A stretch of 64,000 nucleotides of DNA from Gammaproteobacteria bacterium (GCA_030645995.1 JAUSMU010000056.1:21561-85560), one strand, 5' to 3'. Counted from the first letter of the stretch, positions 10,499 through 21,043 are shown. Notes: a model not told the origin generated them from the sequence alone. Numbers and translations are program-made.

Positions 10499-11392
10499 AT
10501 GCCCACAAATTATCCTCTGCTCGAAAGCCAGATTGGCAATACACCGCTTGTCAGACTCGCGCGCTTGCCGGGTCAAACCAGCAATACGATTCTGGTCAAG
10601 CTGGAAGGAAATAATCCCGCCGGTTCCGTGAAGGATCGTCCCGCCTACAATATGATCGTGCAGGCAGAGGCGCGTGGTGATATCAATCCAGGGGATACGC
10701 TGATCGAAGCAACCAGCGGCAACACGGGAATTGCGTTGGCGATGGTCTGTGCAGTGAAGGGCTACAAACTCATTTTGATCATGCCTGACAATATGTCTGC
10801 GGAGCGTAAGGCGTCAATGTCTGCCTATGGTGCGGAACTGATACTCGTGACTGAATCACAGGGCATGGAAGGTGCGCGGGATCTCGCTACTCGTATGAGC
10901 ACGGAAGGACGCGGCAAGGTGCTGGATCAGTTTGCCAATCCTGATAACCCCAATGCTCACTATCTGCATACTGGCCCCGAAATCTGGCGTGATACAGCAG
11001 GGCAGGTGACTCACTTCGTCAGTTCTATGGGGACAACCGGCACGATCATGGGCGTCTCGCGTTTTCTGAAGGAGCAGAACCCTGCGGTTACCATTGTCGG
11101 GTTGCAGCCGCGCGAGGGATCAAAAATCCCAGGTATCCGTCGCTGGCCCGTCGAATATCTTCCCGCAATCTTCGACGCTTCGCGTGTGGATGTGGTCATG
11201 GATGTTGATCAGCGTGATGCGGAGAGAACCATGAAAGCGTTGGCGCGTGAGGAAGGGATTTTCTGCGGGGTATCTTCCGGAGGCTCGGTTTTTGCCGCCC
11301 TGGAACTTAGCAAGTCGCTGCAAAATGCCGTCATCGTTGCCATTGTTTGTGATCGCGGTGACCGCTATCTATCCACCGGGGTATTCGCCTGA
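10499..11392 (+). CDS. cysM: cysteine synthase B (O-acetylserine sulfhydrylase B)
   Basis: I moved the start to ATG 10499 (MPTNYPLLESQIGNTPLV). The PLP-Lys context is NPAGSVKDR, with SGNTG and SSMGTTGT also present. The C-terminus IVCDRGDRYLSTGVF is near-identical to E. coli CysM as recalled. Confidence 0.92.
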   Translation: MPTNYPLLESQIGNTPLVRLARLPGQTSNTILVKLEGNNPAGSVKDRPAYNMIVQAEARGDINPGDTLIEATSGNTGIALAMVCAVKGYKLILIMPDNMSAERKASMSAYGAELILVTESQGMEGARDLATRMSTEGRGKVLDQFANPDNPNAHYLHTGPEIWRDTAGQVTHFVSSMGTTGTIMGVSRFLKEQNPAVTIVGLQPREGSKIPGIRRWPVEYLPAIFDASRVDVVMDVDQRDAERTMKALAREEGIFCGVSSGGSVFAALELSKSLQNAVIVAIVCDRGDRYLSTGVFA

Positions 11393-11497
11393 CCTCAATC
11401 GAAATTCCTCTCTTGCCAGTTGCAATGGCAGTCACAGGATTGTGACCTTTCAGAAGTAACTGCCTGTTCCATTCATTCTCATTTACAAGAAATCGCT

Positions 11498-12877
11498 ATG
11501 AAGAAAACCAGACGACAGCGTCACAAGCTTCCCACTGATGCTGTGGAAATCACCATACAACGTCTCAGTCATGAGGGTCGTGGTGTGGCGAATATCGATG
11601 GCAAGATTGCCTTCGTGGATGGTGCACTACCCGGAGAAACTGTGACGGCTGTCTTCACAAGTCGGCGCAGCCAGTTTGATGAACTCAAGGTTCAGGAAGT
11701 GCTGGTGCCTTCTCCAGATCGCGTCACTCCTCCCTGTGTGCATGCGGAAATTTGTGGTGGCTGCTCCATGCAGCATATCAGCTCGCAGGCACAGATCGCC
11801 CTCAAAGAAAGAGTTCTGCATGAGCAAATGAAGCACATCGGAGGTCTTTCAGGATATGCACACCTGCCCCCGGTGCTTAGCGAAACGCAAGGCTATCGCC
11901 GCAAGGCGCGACTTGCTGCCCGCTATGTCAGCAAGAAAGAGGAGATGCTGGTTGGTTTTCGGGAAAAGAACAGTTCATTCATCGCCCAGATGAACAGCTG
12001 CGCCGTGCTCGTAAAAGAGGTGTCGGATCTTATCGCCCCTCTGCGCCAGCTTCTCGTCGGTTTCGAAGGCAGGCTCAATATTCCTCAGATAGAAGTGGCT
12101 GTGGGGGAGAGGATGGTGGAGCCCGGCCCAGACACATTGATGCGCTATCAGGTAGCGTTCATAGTGAGGCATCTTGAAGCACTTTCGCAGAGCGATCATG
12201 AGCAATTGTTGAGTTTCGCGCAGCGTCATGAGATCGACCTGTATCTGCAACCAAGTGGCCCCGATTCGGTGCACAAGGTCTGGCCGCAAGAGGGGGTCGA
12301 ACGTCTCTATTACACGCTGCCTGAATTTGGCTTGCGAATGGCATTTCATCCCAGCGATTTTACACAGGTCAACGGTGGCATCAACAGACGCATGATTTCT
12401 CAGGCGTTGACCCTGCTGGATCTGCAGCCGGACGATGTTGTGCTGGATCTCTTCTGTGGACTTGGGAATTTCACGCTGCCAATGGCGACGCAATGCGCAC
12501 GAGTGGTTGGTGTGGAGGGAAGTGATGAGATGGTGCGCAGGGGAGAGGAAAATGCTGCAGCCAATGGCATTGCCAATGCGTCTTTTTATTCGGCCAACCT
12601 TTGTGTTGATTTTGACGAGTCGAGCTGGGCGCAACCTGGTTACAGCAAGATATTGCTGGACCCTCCTCGTTCCGGGGCGATCGAAATAATTCCGCGTCTT
12701 GCCGCGTTGCGGGCGAAAAAGATTGTCTACATCTCGTGTAACCCGGCCACCCTCGCCCGGGATGCGGCTGAATTTGTCCAACATGGCTACACGCTGACAC
12801 AAGCAGGTGTGATGGATATGTTTCCACACACCTCCCATGTGGAATCAATGGCTGAGTTTGTGCTCGTAAAGCCCTGA
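11498..12877 (+). CDS. rlmD: 23S rRNA (uracil1939-C5)-methyltransferase RlmD (RumA)
   Basis: I moved the start to ATG 11498 (MKKTRRQRHK). It has a TRAM domain, an Fe-S Cys cluster (CVHAEICGGC), the SAM motif DLFCGLGNFTLP and the catalytic-Cys region YISCNPATLARD. Confidence 0.92.
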   Translation: MKKTRRQRHKLPTDAVEITIQRLSHEGRGVANIDGKIAFVDGALPGETVTAVFTSRRSQFDELKVQEVLVPSPDRVTPPCVHAEICGGCSMQHISSQAQIALKERVLHEQMKHIGGLSGYAHLPPVLSETQGYRRKARLAARYVSKKEEMLVGFREKNSSFIAQMNSCAVLVKEVSDLIAPLRQLLVGFEGRLNIPQIEVAVGERMVEPGPDTLMRYQVAFIVRHLEALSQSDHEQLLSFAQRHEIDLYLQPSGPDSVHKVWPQEGVERLYYTLPEFGLRMAFHPSDFTQVNGGINRRMISQALTLLDLQPDDVVLDLFCGLGNFTLPMATQCARVVGVEGSDEMVRRGEENAAANGIANASFYSANLCVDFDESSWAQPGYSKILLDPPRSGAIEIIPRLAALRAKKIVYISCNPATLARDAAEFVQHGYTLTQAGVMDMFPHTSHVESMAEFVLVKP

Positions 12878-12924
12878 GTCACAGGTGTCCTCATTCGTAA
12901 AACCCTCGCCAGGTGAAAAGTTCA

Positions 12925-15180
12925 ATGGTCCAGGTAAGAGAAAATCACGCGTTCAACCCAGACGGCAGTATCTGCTTTGATGAATGGCTGGAGAGTCTGC
13001 AGGCCCATCGCAGCCTGGACAGGCATGAGCAGATCCGGCGCGCCTGCGAATTGAGCTGGCAGGCAGAACAAAAGGCTATTGCGGCGCACAACACCTGGTC
13101 TTCGGGCACCAGCAGTTACATCACCGGGCTGGAGATGGCAGAGATCCTGGCGGAACTGCATCTCGACAGTGAAACTCTGATTGCCTCAATTCTCTATCGG
13201 GCGGTTCGTGAAGCTCGCCTGAGCCTCGATGTCCTGCGTACTGAGTTTGGTGATGGTGTCGCCAAACTTGTCGAAGGCGTATTACGCATGGCGGCGATCA
13301 GTGAGACGGATACCACCCGACAGCATGTGCTGGGACAGAGTGATGATCAGGTGGAGAATGTCCGCAAGATGCTGCTCGCATTGATTGATGACGTGCGGGT
13401 TGCACTCATCAAACTCGCAGAGAGAACTTGTGCCCTGCGTGCTGTCAAAAGCGCTCCCGAAGAGAGGCGTCGGCGCGTGGCGCGTGAAGTGTTCGAGATT
13501 TATGTGCCTCTGGCGCATCGACTGGGCATAGGGCAGCTTAAATGGGAGTTGGAGGATCTGTCATTCCGCTATCTGCAGCCCGAGAATTACAAACGCATTG
13601 CAGCATTGCTTGATGAACGCCGCGTCGACAGAGAGCGCTTCGTAAGCGAGGTAACAGAAGAACTGCGTCGGCAACTGGAAAGGGCGAATATCGATGCCGA
13701 GGTCACCGGCCGCGCCAAGAACATCTACAGTATATGGCGCAAGATGCAGGCGAAGAATCTGGATTTTACGCAGATTTATGACATCCGTGCTGTGCGTATT
13801 CTGGTTCCGGAGATTCGCGACTGTTATGCCACACTGGGAATTGTTCACAATCTCTGGCGTGTGATTCCCAATGAGTTCGATGATTACATCGCCACTCCGA
13901 AGGAAAACGGCTATCAGTCGCTGCATACGGCAGTCATTGGCCCCGATCGCAAGGTGTTCGAGATACAGATTCGCACCTTTGCCATGGATGAGGATGCCGA
14001 GCTGGGAGTATGCGCCCATTGGCGCTACAAAGAAGGCATTAAAGATCCAGGATACAAGGACAGTTACACTGAGAAAATCGCCTGGTTGCGTCAGTTGCTG
14101 GCGTGGCACGACGAAATGGGGATGGTGGGTGGTCTTGCCGAACAATTGCGCAGCGAATCCACGACCCCTGACAGAGTTTATGTGTTCACCCCGGAAGGCC
14201 ATGTGGTGGATATGATGAAGGGAGCCACTCCACTCGACTTCGCCTATTACGTCCATACCGAAGTGGGCAATAAATGCTGCGGCGCACGCGTCAACGGCAA
14301 GACTGTGCCACTGAATTATCCTCTGCAAACCGGAGACCGGGTTGAGGTGCTTGCTGACGACAACAGCACGCCCAGTCGTGACTGGCTCAAGCCAGGGTTG
14401 GGATACGCGAATACTCCGCGTGCGCATGCCAAACTGATTCAGTGGTTCAAGACACAAGGGCGTGAACAGAATGTCGCGCATGGTAAAGCCTTGCTCACTG
14501 AGGAATTCTCTCGTCTTGCTGTCGCAAATCCCAATTATCGGGACCTCGCCCGCAAACTGGGCTGCAAGAATGAAGAAGCCTTGTTTGCCGCTGTAGGTGT
14601 CAGCGCTATTACCGTGGCAGAGGTCATCAATGCCGCCCAGGAATTGTCACAGCTGCTGTGCAGGATTGATGATCCTGCTATTTCGGCGGAGCAGGAGGGT
14701 ATATCGGATGTTGTATACGGTGCGGGTCGTTTGCCAACTCAATTGGCAGGATGCTGCAGCCCGAAACCTGGCGATGCGATTGTTGGTTGTGTCATGGATG
14801 CCAATCAGGTAATCGTGCATCGTTCGGATTGCCCCAAGGTGAGTGTGTATCAGAAGATGCGCCACGAGAACCTTATTGATGTGCAGTGGAGTGAGGGTCG
14901 CAAGGTCAGCATGCTGGTGGATATCTACATTCTCGCCTACGACAGAGGAGGATTGCTGCGCGACATTACGACTATCCTCGCCGATGAAAAGATAGAGGTC
15001 ATGGAAGTGAATACCCGTACGGACCGCACGTCGGGAACAGCCAAGATGCAGCTGCAGGTCGAGGTAAGTTCTCTGCAGGTACTCTCGCGGGTGCTCGAAA
15101 AAATAAGCCGATTGAATAATGTTATCGAGGCTCGCAGACTCGGCGCGGTCGACCCTGATCGTGGTGAGTTCACTTCCTGA
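12925..15180 (+). CDS. relA: GTP pyrophosphokinase RelA ((p)ppGpp synthetase I)
   Basis: I moved the start to ATG 12925 (MVQVRENH, compare E. coli MVAVRSAH). The RelA/SpoT synthetase core (RAKNIYSIWRKMQ, DIRAVRILV, YQSLHTAV) and TGS and ACT C-terminal domains are present. It is flanked by rlmD and mazG as in E. coli and Pseudomonas. Confidence 0.95.
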   Translation: MVQVRENHAFNPDGSICFDEWLESLQAHRSLDRHEQIRRACELSWQAEQKAIAAHNTWSSGTSSYITGLEMAEILAELHLDSETLIASILYRAVREARLSLDVLRTEFGDGVAKLVEGVLRMAAISETDTTRQHVLGQSDDQVENVRKMLLALIDDVRVALIKLAERTCALRAVKSAPEERRRRVAREVFEIYVPLAHRLGIGQLKWELEDLSFRYLQPENYKRIAALLDERRVDRERFVSEVTEELRRQLERANIDAEVTGRAKNIYSIWRKMQAKNLDFTQIYDIRAVRILVPEIRDCYATLGIVHNLWRVIPNEFDDYIATPKENGYQSLHTAVIGPDRKVFEIQIRTFAMDEDAELGVCAHWRYKEGIKDPGYKDSYTEKIAWLRQLLAWHDEMGMVGGLAEQLRSESTTPDRVYVFTPEGHVVDMMKGATPLDFAYYVHTEVGNKCCGARVNGKTVPLNYPLQTGDRVEVLADDNSTPSRDWLKPGLGYANTPRAHAKLIQWFKTQGREQNVAHGKALLTEEFSRLAVANPNYRDLARKLGCKNEEALFAAVGVSAITVAEVINAAQELSQLLCRIDDPAISAEQEGISDVVYGAGRLPTQLAGCCSPKPGDAIVGCVMDANQVIVHRSDCPKVSVYQKMRHENLIDVQWSEGRKVSMLVDIYILAYDRGGLLRDITTILADEKIEVMEVNTRTDRTSGTAKMQLQVEVSSLQVLSRVLEKISRLNNVIEARRLGAVDPDRGEFTS

Positions 15181-15220
15181 GAAGGTTGAAGACAAGCGAG
15201 CATGCCAAAGGAAAGCCGCC

Positions 15221-16066
15221 ATGAATGAAGAATTCACGATTAATCAGTTGCTCGAAGTCATGGCCAGTCTTCGTCATCCTGAACTGGGGTGCGAATGGGA
15301 CAAGAAGCAGACCCTGAAGAAACTCACCTCGTACACTCTCGAAGAGGTTTACGAGGTTATCGATGCAGTGGAGCGTCAGGATGATGCACACCTGCAGGAT
15401 GAGCTGGGTGATCTTCTCTTTCAAGTTGTGTTCTACACGCAGATTGCGAAAGAAGAAGGACGATTCGACTTCAGTGATGTCGTGCGGTCAATTACCGAGA
15501 AGCTCTTGCGCCGTCACCCGCATGTTTTTCCCGATGGCACTATTGCGAGCTTCGGCAGCAGTCTGAAACCAACCATCAGCGCTGAGCAAGTGGCCGTCAA
15601 CTGGGAGTTGATCAAGAATCAGGAGCGCTCTCGCAAGGCGCTGGGTCGTTCTGAGCGTGTGAGTCTGATGGACGACGTGCCATCTTCGCTGCCAGCCCTT
15701 GATCGTGCAGGCAAACTGCAGAAGCGCGCGGCGACAGTGGGATTTGACTGGCAGAATGTGCAACCCGTCCTGGACAAACTGCAGGAGGAGATTCGGGAGT
15801 TGGAGGTTGAAATCGACGCTCGCAATCACGACAGAATGGTTGCTGAGTTAGGCGACATCCTCTTTTGTTGCGTCAATCTTGCTCGGCATCTCAAGGTGGA
15901 GCCGGAGTCTGCACTTCGTGATAGCAATCGCAAGTTCGAGAGACGCTTCCGCGAACTGGAGGGGTTTGCAGCCGAGCAGTCAAGGCTGCTGTCAACGTTC
16001 TCGGCAGAAGAGATGAATGACTTGTGGGAAACGATCAAGCTGCGTGAAAGCGAAGCCACGAAATAG
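15221..16066 (+). CDS. mazG: nucleoside triphosphate pyrophosphohydrolase MazG
   Basis: I moved the start to ATG 15221 (MNEEFTINQLLEVM). It has two MazG repeats with the acidic motif (YTLEEVYEVIDAVE..ELGDLLFQVV and EIRELEVEI..ELGDILFCCVNLAR). Confidence 0.93.
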   Translation: MNEEFTINQLLEVMASLRHPELGCEWDKKQTLKKLTSYTLEEVYEVIDAVERQDDAHLQDELGDLLFQVVFYTQIAKEEGRFDFSDVVRSITEKLLRRHPHVFPDGTIASFGSSLKPTISAEQVAVNWELIKNQERSRKALGRSERVSLMDDVPSSLPALDRAGKLQKRAATVGFDWQNVQPVLDKLQEEIRELEVEIDARNHDRMVAELGDILFCCVNLARHLKVEPESALRDSNRKFERRFRELEGFAAEQSRLLSTFSAEEMNDLWETIKLRESEATK

Positions 16067-16325
16067 CGGGTTCTTGATTTGAGGCAATCAGTGGCGCTCT
16101 CGCCTCGCCCTTGTCCTTGTTTTGCCGCAGTCGTTTAGTGTATGGTCGTTTCTTTCCCGGCTCTGCATCAGACGTATTTGCATTTTGGTACGTCAGCATC
16201 CCACCTCTATGCAATGAAAGAGGAGGAGGCAGCTGCTGAATCCTGCATTGTGATAATTCCCAATACAGTTTGTTTAATCTAGAAAGTGTCCCGATTCTCC
16301 GGAGTCGGGATTGACCCAGGAGTAA

Positions 16326-16982
<657 letters not shown>

Positions 16983-17358
16983 ACCTCACTGGCGATGTAT
17001 GCCGTTGTATATATCGCCGGCTTTACCATTCTTTTTACCGCTGCCGTCAGGCATCTCCTCTTCGTAAAAATCGAACTAATTCTTCTCCCTTGTTCAGTGC
17101 CAAATCCCTTTTTTAAAATTATCATCGGTAATATTTTCTTTAAACATTGATGTGCATTCTTTGGTTGTTGGTATGACCGTGAATCTTGAATCGGTTTTTT
17201 TTCAAAAATAAATCAATTTAAGTTGATTTTTGGATGAAATTGAGCGGGCATAGCTATATGACGGATATTTTTTATGCTATGGTGGGATTCAAACGTGGGT
17301 GCGCCCGTGTTGAAGAAATTAAGGTGGTTTTGTTCCACATTTCAGGAGAGATAACAGT

Positions 17359-18492
17359 ATGGCTAAAGTTAAAGCGACAAAGAAGGCGCCTGCTAAATCG
17401 GCAGCAAAAAAAACCGGTGATGCTGCTCTTGCAAAAGCAGAAGCATCTTTAGCAAAACTGCAAAAAGAATCAGCCGCTCAGACCAAAGCTCTTGCCGCTG
17501 CTCAGGGCAAAGCTGCTGCAGCGAAAGCCAAAGTTGCACAAAACGCTACTGCTGCTACCAAGAAAGTCGCCGAAAAGGCGAAGTCTGCTGCAGACAAACT
17601 CGCTGCCACGGTCCGCGAACTTAACGCTAAACTCAAGTCTACACAATCCAGTGTCAAATCCGCTCAAGAGGCTTCCAAAGCAAAAGTTGCTGCTGAGGCT
17701 AGAAAGAAAGCTGCTGACGCCAGAAAAACCAAGTTGGTGGCGAAAGCTGAATCTGATCTTGCCAAGGCTGTTAAAGCATTTGCCGATCAGTGGAAAAAGA
17801 AACGCGCCAAGTCTGATTCTGCTAAAGAGGCTGCTCGCACCAAGAAAGAAGATCTGAAGCGCAAGATCGCAGCCAAGAAAGCAGCAGTGAAGGCGAAGGC
17901 TGCCGCTCAGAAAGCGGCTGTCAAGGCAAAAGCAGCAGCCAAAAAGCGAATCGCCAGAGAGCGCTTGCTTGCGAAGCGTACCTTGACGAAGGCCAAAGCA
18001 GCGGCCAAGAAATTGGCGATCAGAGAAAAAGCGCTAGCTCGCAAAACTCTGTTGAAAGCCAAAGCCGCAGCCAAGAAAGCGCCTGGTAAAGCAAAGGCTG
18101 CTACGACAGCAATTGCAAACAGCGTGAAGAAATCTGTTGCCAGTGTTGTGGGTAAAGCCAGGGCTGCAGTGAAAGCAAAGACTGCAGTCAAGAAGGCAGC
18201 ACCGAAGGCGGCCGCCAAGCCAAGAGCTGTGGCTAAGCCCAAGGTTGCCGTAAAGCCCGCAGTAAAAGCAGTAGCCAAGCCTGCCGCAAAGGCCGCCGCT
18301 AAACCTGCAGCCAAGCCAGCAACGAAAGCGGTTGCAAAGCCGGCAGCGAAGGCAGCTGCGAAACCGGCTGCCAAGGCAGCGGCCAAGCCTGCAGCAAAGA
18401 AAGCACCGGCAAAGCCTGCAGCAAAAAAAGCAACGGCTAAACCGGCAGCCCCCGCTGCACCAGCGACAACGCCTGCCTCCGCTCAGGGCTGA
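17359..18492 (+). CDS. Lys/Ala-rich histone-H1-like / AlgP-like nucleoid-associated protein
   Basis: 377-aa ORF with a GGAGAG SD. It consists almost only of A, K, plus some P/V/T. The N-terminal part is predicted coiled-coil, and the C-terminal part has KPAAKAAA-type repeats like Pseudomonas AlgP and eukaryotic H1 tails. It is followed by a strong intrinsic terminator. Function is inferred from composition only. Confidence 0.8.
   Translation: MAKVKATKKAPAKSAAKKTGDAALAKAEASLAKLQKESAAQTKALAAAQGKAAAAKAKVAQNATAATKKVAEKAKSAADKLAATVRELNAKLKSTQSSVKSAQEASKAKVAAEARKKAADARKTKLVAKAESDLAKAVKAFADQWKKKRAKSDSAKEAARTKKEDLKRKIAAKKAAVKAKAAAQKAAVKAKAAAKKRIARERLLAKRTLTKAKAAAKKLAIREKALARKTLLKAKAAAKKAPGKAKAATTAIANSVKKSVASVVGKARAAVKAKTAVKKAAPKAAAKPRAVAKPKVAVKPAVKAVAKPAAKAAAKPAAKPATKAVAKPAAKAAAKPAAKAAAKPAAKKAPAKPAAKKATAKPAAPAAPATTPASAQG
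18208..18465 (+). repeat. in-frame tandem AAKPAAKA-type coding repeats
   Basis: It translates as AAKPRAVAKPKVAVKPAVKAVAKPAAKAAAKPAAKPATKAVAKPAAKAAAKPAAKAAAKPAAKKAPAKPAAKKATAKPAAPAAPA. The nucleotide repeats are GCNAARCCNGCNGCN-like. Two 20-aa units (ARERLLAKRTLTKAKAAAKK / IREKALARKTLLKAKAAAKK) lie upstream at about 17949-18075. Confidence 0.8.
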
Positions 18493-18562
18493 GTTCGAGC
18501 ATTGGCATTGAGTCGTCGCTCGAATTGTCGATTCAATGCCGGAATTTGATGCGCTAAACAAG

Positions 18563-18599
18563 AATCCCCCAGAGACATAATTCTCCGGGGGATTTTTTA
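18563..18599 (+). terminator. rho-independent terminator of the Lys/Ala-rich gene
   Basis: AATCCCCCAGAG (18563-18574) pairs with CTCCGGGGGATT (18583-18594), 11 of 12 pairs with an 8-nt loop. It runs into TTTTTT (18593-18598). Confidence 0.8.
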
Positions 18600-18621
18600 T
18601 TTCCTTCGGTATACTCCAAAC

Positions 18622-19323
18622 ATGCCCAGAATCCTCTCCATAGATACCTCAAATACACTGTGTTCGGTTGCGCTTTGTGATGATGAGCAAATCATTACGA
18701 GCGTCAGTGATCAGCCACGACAGCATGCTCGCAGAATTCTCCCCATGATTGCTGAACTCCTGGGCGCACGAAAGTTGCGATCATCTGATCTTGATGCCAT
18801 TGCTGTCGTCAACGGGCCCGGCTCGTTCACAGGACTGCGCATCGGGGCAGGGGTGGCTCAAGGACTGGCTTTCGGTGCAGGTATTCCGGTGATAGGAGTG
18901 TCAGCCCTCGAGATCATCGCTATGAAAGGCCACCGTGCTTGTGGACATAATCATCTGCTTGTTTGCGTGCGGGCGCGTGAGGATGAAATTTACAGTGCCG
19001 CTTACAGTGTGCTTGGGAATCAGCTTACTCTGCAGGGACGGGAGATGGTTGGTGGACTCAGTGAACATCACTTTGTCGGAGCGGACGAAACGGCACAATG
19101 GTTTGGCGTAGGTGATGGCTGGCTTTACGCAAAGCAGTTGAGCTCGAGTGGCTCACTTATAATAGCGGGATATGATTCGCGCGAGATTGTTTCTGACGCC
19201 TCCACATTGAGTGAAATTGCCAGTTTGAAGTGGGCGCAGGGCGAAGGTGTCGCCCCGGAATTGGCGTTGCCGGTCTATCTGAAAGAACAGTTGGACTATC
19301 AGCAAGTATCGCAACAGAAGTAG
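18622..19323 (+). CDS. tsaB: tRNA threonylcarbamoyladenosine (t6A) biosynthesis protein TsaB
   Basis: 233-aa ORF. The YeaZ/TsaB N-terminus is ILSIDTSNTLCSVAL, and it has an ASKHA fold with GPGSFTGLRIG. Confidence 0.9.
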   Translation: MPRILSIDTSNTLCSVALCDDEQIITSVSDQPRQHARRILPMIAELLGARKLRSSDLDAIAVVNGPGSFTGLRIGAGVAQGLAFGAGIPVIGVSALEIIAMKGHRACGHNHLLVCVRAREDEIYSAAYSVLGNQLTLQGREMVGGLSEHHFVGADETAQWFGVGDGWLYAKQLSSSGSLIIAGYDSREIVSDASTLSEIASLKWAQGEGVAPELALPVYLKEQLDYQQVSQQK

Positions 19324-19351
19324 CGGCCTCAGTAGTAGCATCAGGAGTCAC

Positions 19352-20167
19352 ATGGAACTCGATATTTTTAAATTCACCTTTCTGGCCATTCTGCAAGGCA
19401 TTACCGAGTTTCTGCCAGTGTCCAGCTCCGCTCACTTGATTCTCCCCAAAGAATTGTTTGGGTGGGAGGATCAAGGACTCGTGTTTGATGTTGCCGTTCA
19501 TGTCGGCAGCCTGATCGCGGTTGTCTCCTATCTGCGGCGTGACATCGCCACCTTGTTCATGGCCTGGATGCGCTCCTGTGTGGGAAAGGGGACGGATAAG
19601 GATGGTCGAGTTGCCTGGTTCATCGTGCTTGCAACAATTCCGGCAGGAGTGGGTGGTCTGCTCTTTAACGATGCGGTGGAGCAGTATTCGCGCTCCATGC
19701 TTTTGATTGGTTTCACCTCCATCTTTTTCGGCATCGTGCTTTATTTTGCAGACAAATACGAAGGTGTTCGTAAACCGATGGATAGTATGAATATCAAGAC
19801 CGCCATCATTATCGGGTTTGCACAGTTGGTTGCGTTGATACCTGGAACGTCAAGGTCGGGGATTACTCTCACGGCCGGATTGTTTTGCGGACTCGACAGA
19901 ACTGCAGCAGCTAAATTCTCCTTTCTGCTGGCAATCCCCATCATTGTCGCGAGCGGCTTGTTCAAAGGTCTGGAGATGATCGAGACCGGAACGTCGGGGC
20001 AGTGGGCCATCCTTTTTTATGCAATCGCTGTCTCGGCAATAGTCTCCTTTGCCTGTATCCACTACTTTCTGAGTCTTATCACCCGCATTGGGTTCCTGCC
20101 TTTTGTCATCTATCGAGTGCTTCTGGGGCTGCTGTTGCTCGCGATCTACTTTTTCAGAGTGGCGTAA
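19352..20167 (+). CDS. uppP: undecaprenyl-diphosphate phosphatase (UppP/BacA)
   Basis: 271-aa polytopic membrane ORF. It carries the BacA motifs EFLPVSSSAHL and PGTSRSG. Confidence 0.94.
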   Translation: MELDIFKFTFLAILQGITEFLPVSSSAHLILPKELFGWEDQGLVFDVAVHVGSLIAVVSYLRRDIATLFMAWMRSCVGKGTDKDGRVAWFIVLATIPAGVGGLLFNDAVEQYSRSMLLIGFTSIFFGIVLYFADKYEGVRKPMDSMNIKTAIIIGFAQLVALIPGTSRSGITLTAGLFCGLDRTAAAKFSFLLAIPIIVASGLFKGLEMIETGTSGQWAILFYAIAVSAIVSFACIHYFLSLITRIGFLPFVIYRVLLGLLLLAIYFFRVA

Positions 20168-20185
20168 GCCGCAGGCAGAGGGGGC

Positions 20186-21022
20186 ATGTTGTTATCCATG
20201 AGTACCTCCCGCATTTGCATTGCGCCCTCCATTGAGGGTGGCCCTGCCGCAGGGACGGCCCGGGGTGGAGCGCCAGAGTCCCAGGCGCAGCTCGCTACGC
20301 GTCTCTCGCTGCCACTATGGCCTTCGGAGAAGGTGGCTGACGAGCAATGCGACTTCCTGTTGTTCTATGACAATGCCTGTCTGTCTCTCCAACAAAATGA
20401 TCAGGGCGCTTCAGGCCCGCTTTGCGTCGATTTCGAAGATGCCACGCTCACCTATCGTCAACGTCATTCAAGGCAGCCAGAAGCGATTCTGAAGGCTTTG
20501 GGTGCAAAGCATGGCGAGACCTTGCGAATCGTGGATGCTACGGCCGGGTGGGGTTTGGATGCGTTCGTGCTGGCTGCCGCCGGGCATCGTGTTGATTTGT
20601 TCGAGAGATCAGTCATTCTGCACGCTTTGCTGCAGGATGGCCTGCGCCGTGCCGCAGCGAGCGTGGATGAGCGACTTGCCGTCGTCGCTGGCCGAATGAC
20701 CCTGCATTTTGGCGATAGCAGCCCGAGGCTCAAGGCGTGGGGCGATGTTCACCCGGACGTGATCTATCTGGACCCCATGTTCCCCGAGCGCAGCAAGAGC
20801 GCAAAGGTGAAGAAGAATATGTACTTGTTGCAGCAAATGCTGCATGACGAGCCGCCGACAGAGACACTATTGCGCGACGCACTGTCATTGGCTAGGCGTC
20901 GCGTCGTAGTGAAGAGACCCGCTCATGCCGGCTTTCTGGAAGACATCAGGCCTTCGTTCCAATTGACTGGCAAGTCCAGCCGTTTCGATATCTATCTCAC
21001 TCGGAACAGTGGCGCAGGATGA
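20186..21022 (+). CDS. rsmJ: 16S rRNA (guanine1516-N2)-methyltransferase RsmJ
   Basis: 278-aa ORF. DATAGWGLDAFVLAAAGHRVDLFERS, VIYLDPMFPERSKSAKVKK and RVVVKRP match the E. coli RsmJ (YhiQ) blocks as recalled. Confidence 0.88.
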   Translation: MLLSMSTSRICIAPSIEGGPAAGTARGGAPESQAQLATRLSLPLWPSEKVADEQCDFLLFYDNACLSLQQNDQGASGPLCVDFEDATLTYRQRHSRQPEAILKALGAKHGETLRIVDATAGWGLDAFVLAAAGHRVDLFERSVILHALLQDGLRRAAASVDERLAVVAGRMTLHFGDSSPRLKAWGDVHPDVIYLDPMFPERSKSAKVKKNMYLLQQMLHDEPPTETLLRDALSLARRRVVVKRPAHAGFLEDIRPSFQLTGKSSRFDIYLTRNSGAG

Positions 21023-21043
21023 GCGGGTCTGCCGGGCTGGAAG

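Noticed and set aside
17907-18561. Ala/Gly/Phe-rich (159 aa) and Cys/Arg/Leu-rich (175 aa) minus-strand ORFs
   Set aside because: They are mirror-image frames of the GCN/AAR-repeat Lys/Ala gene. Only the + strand frame has an SD, a start and a terminator.
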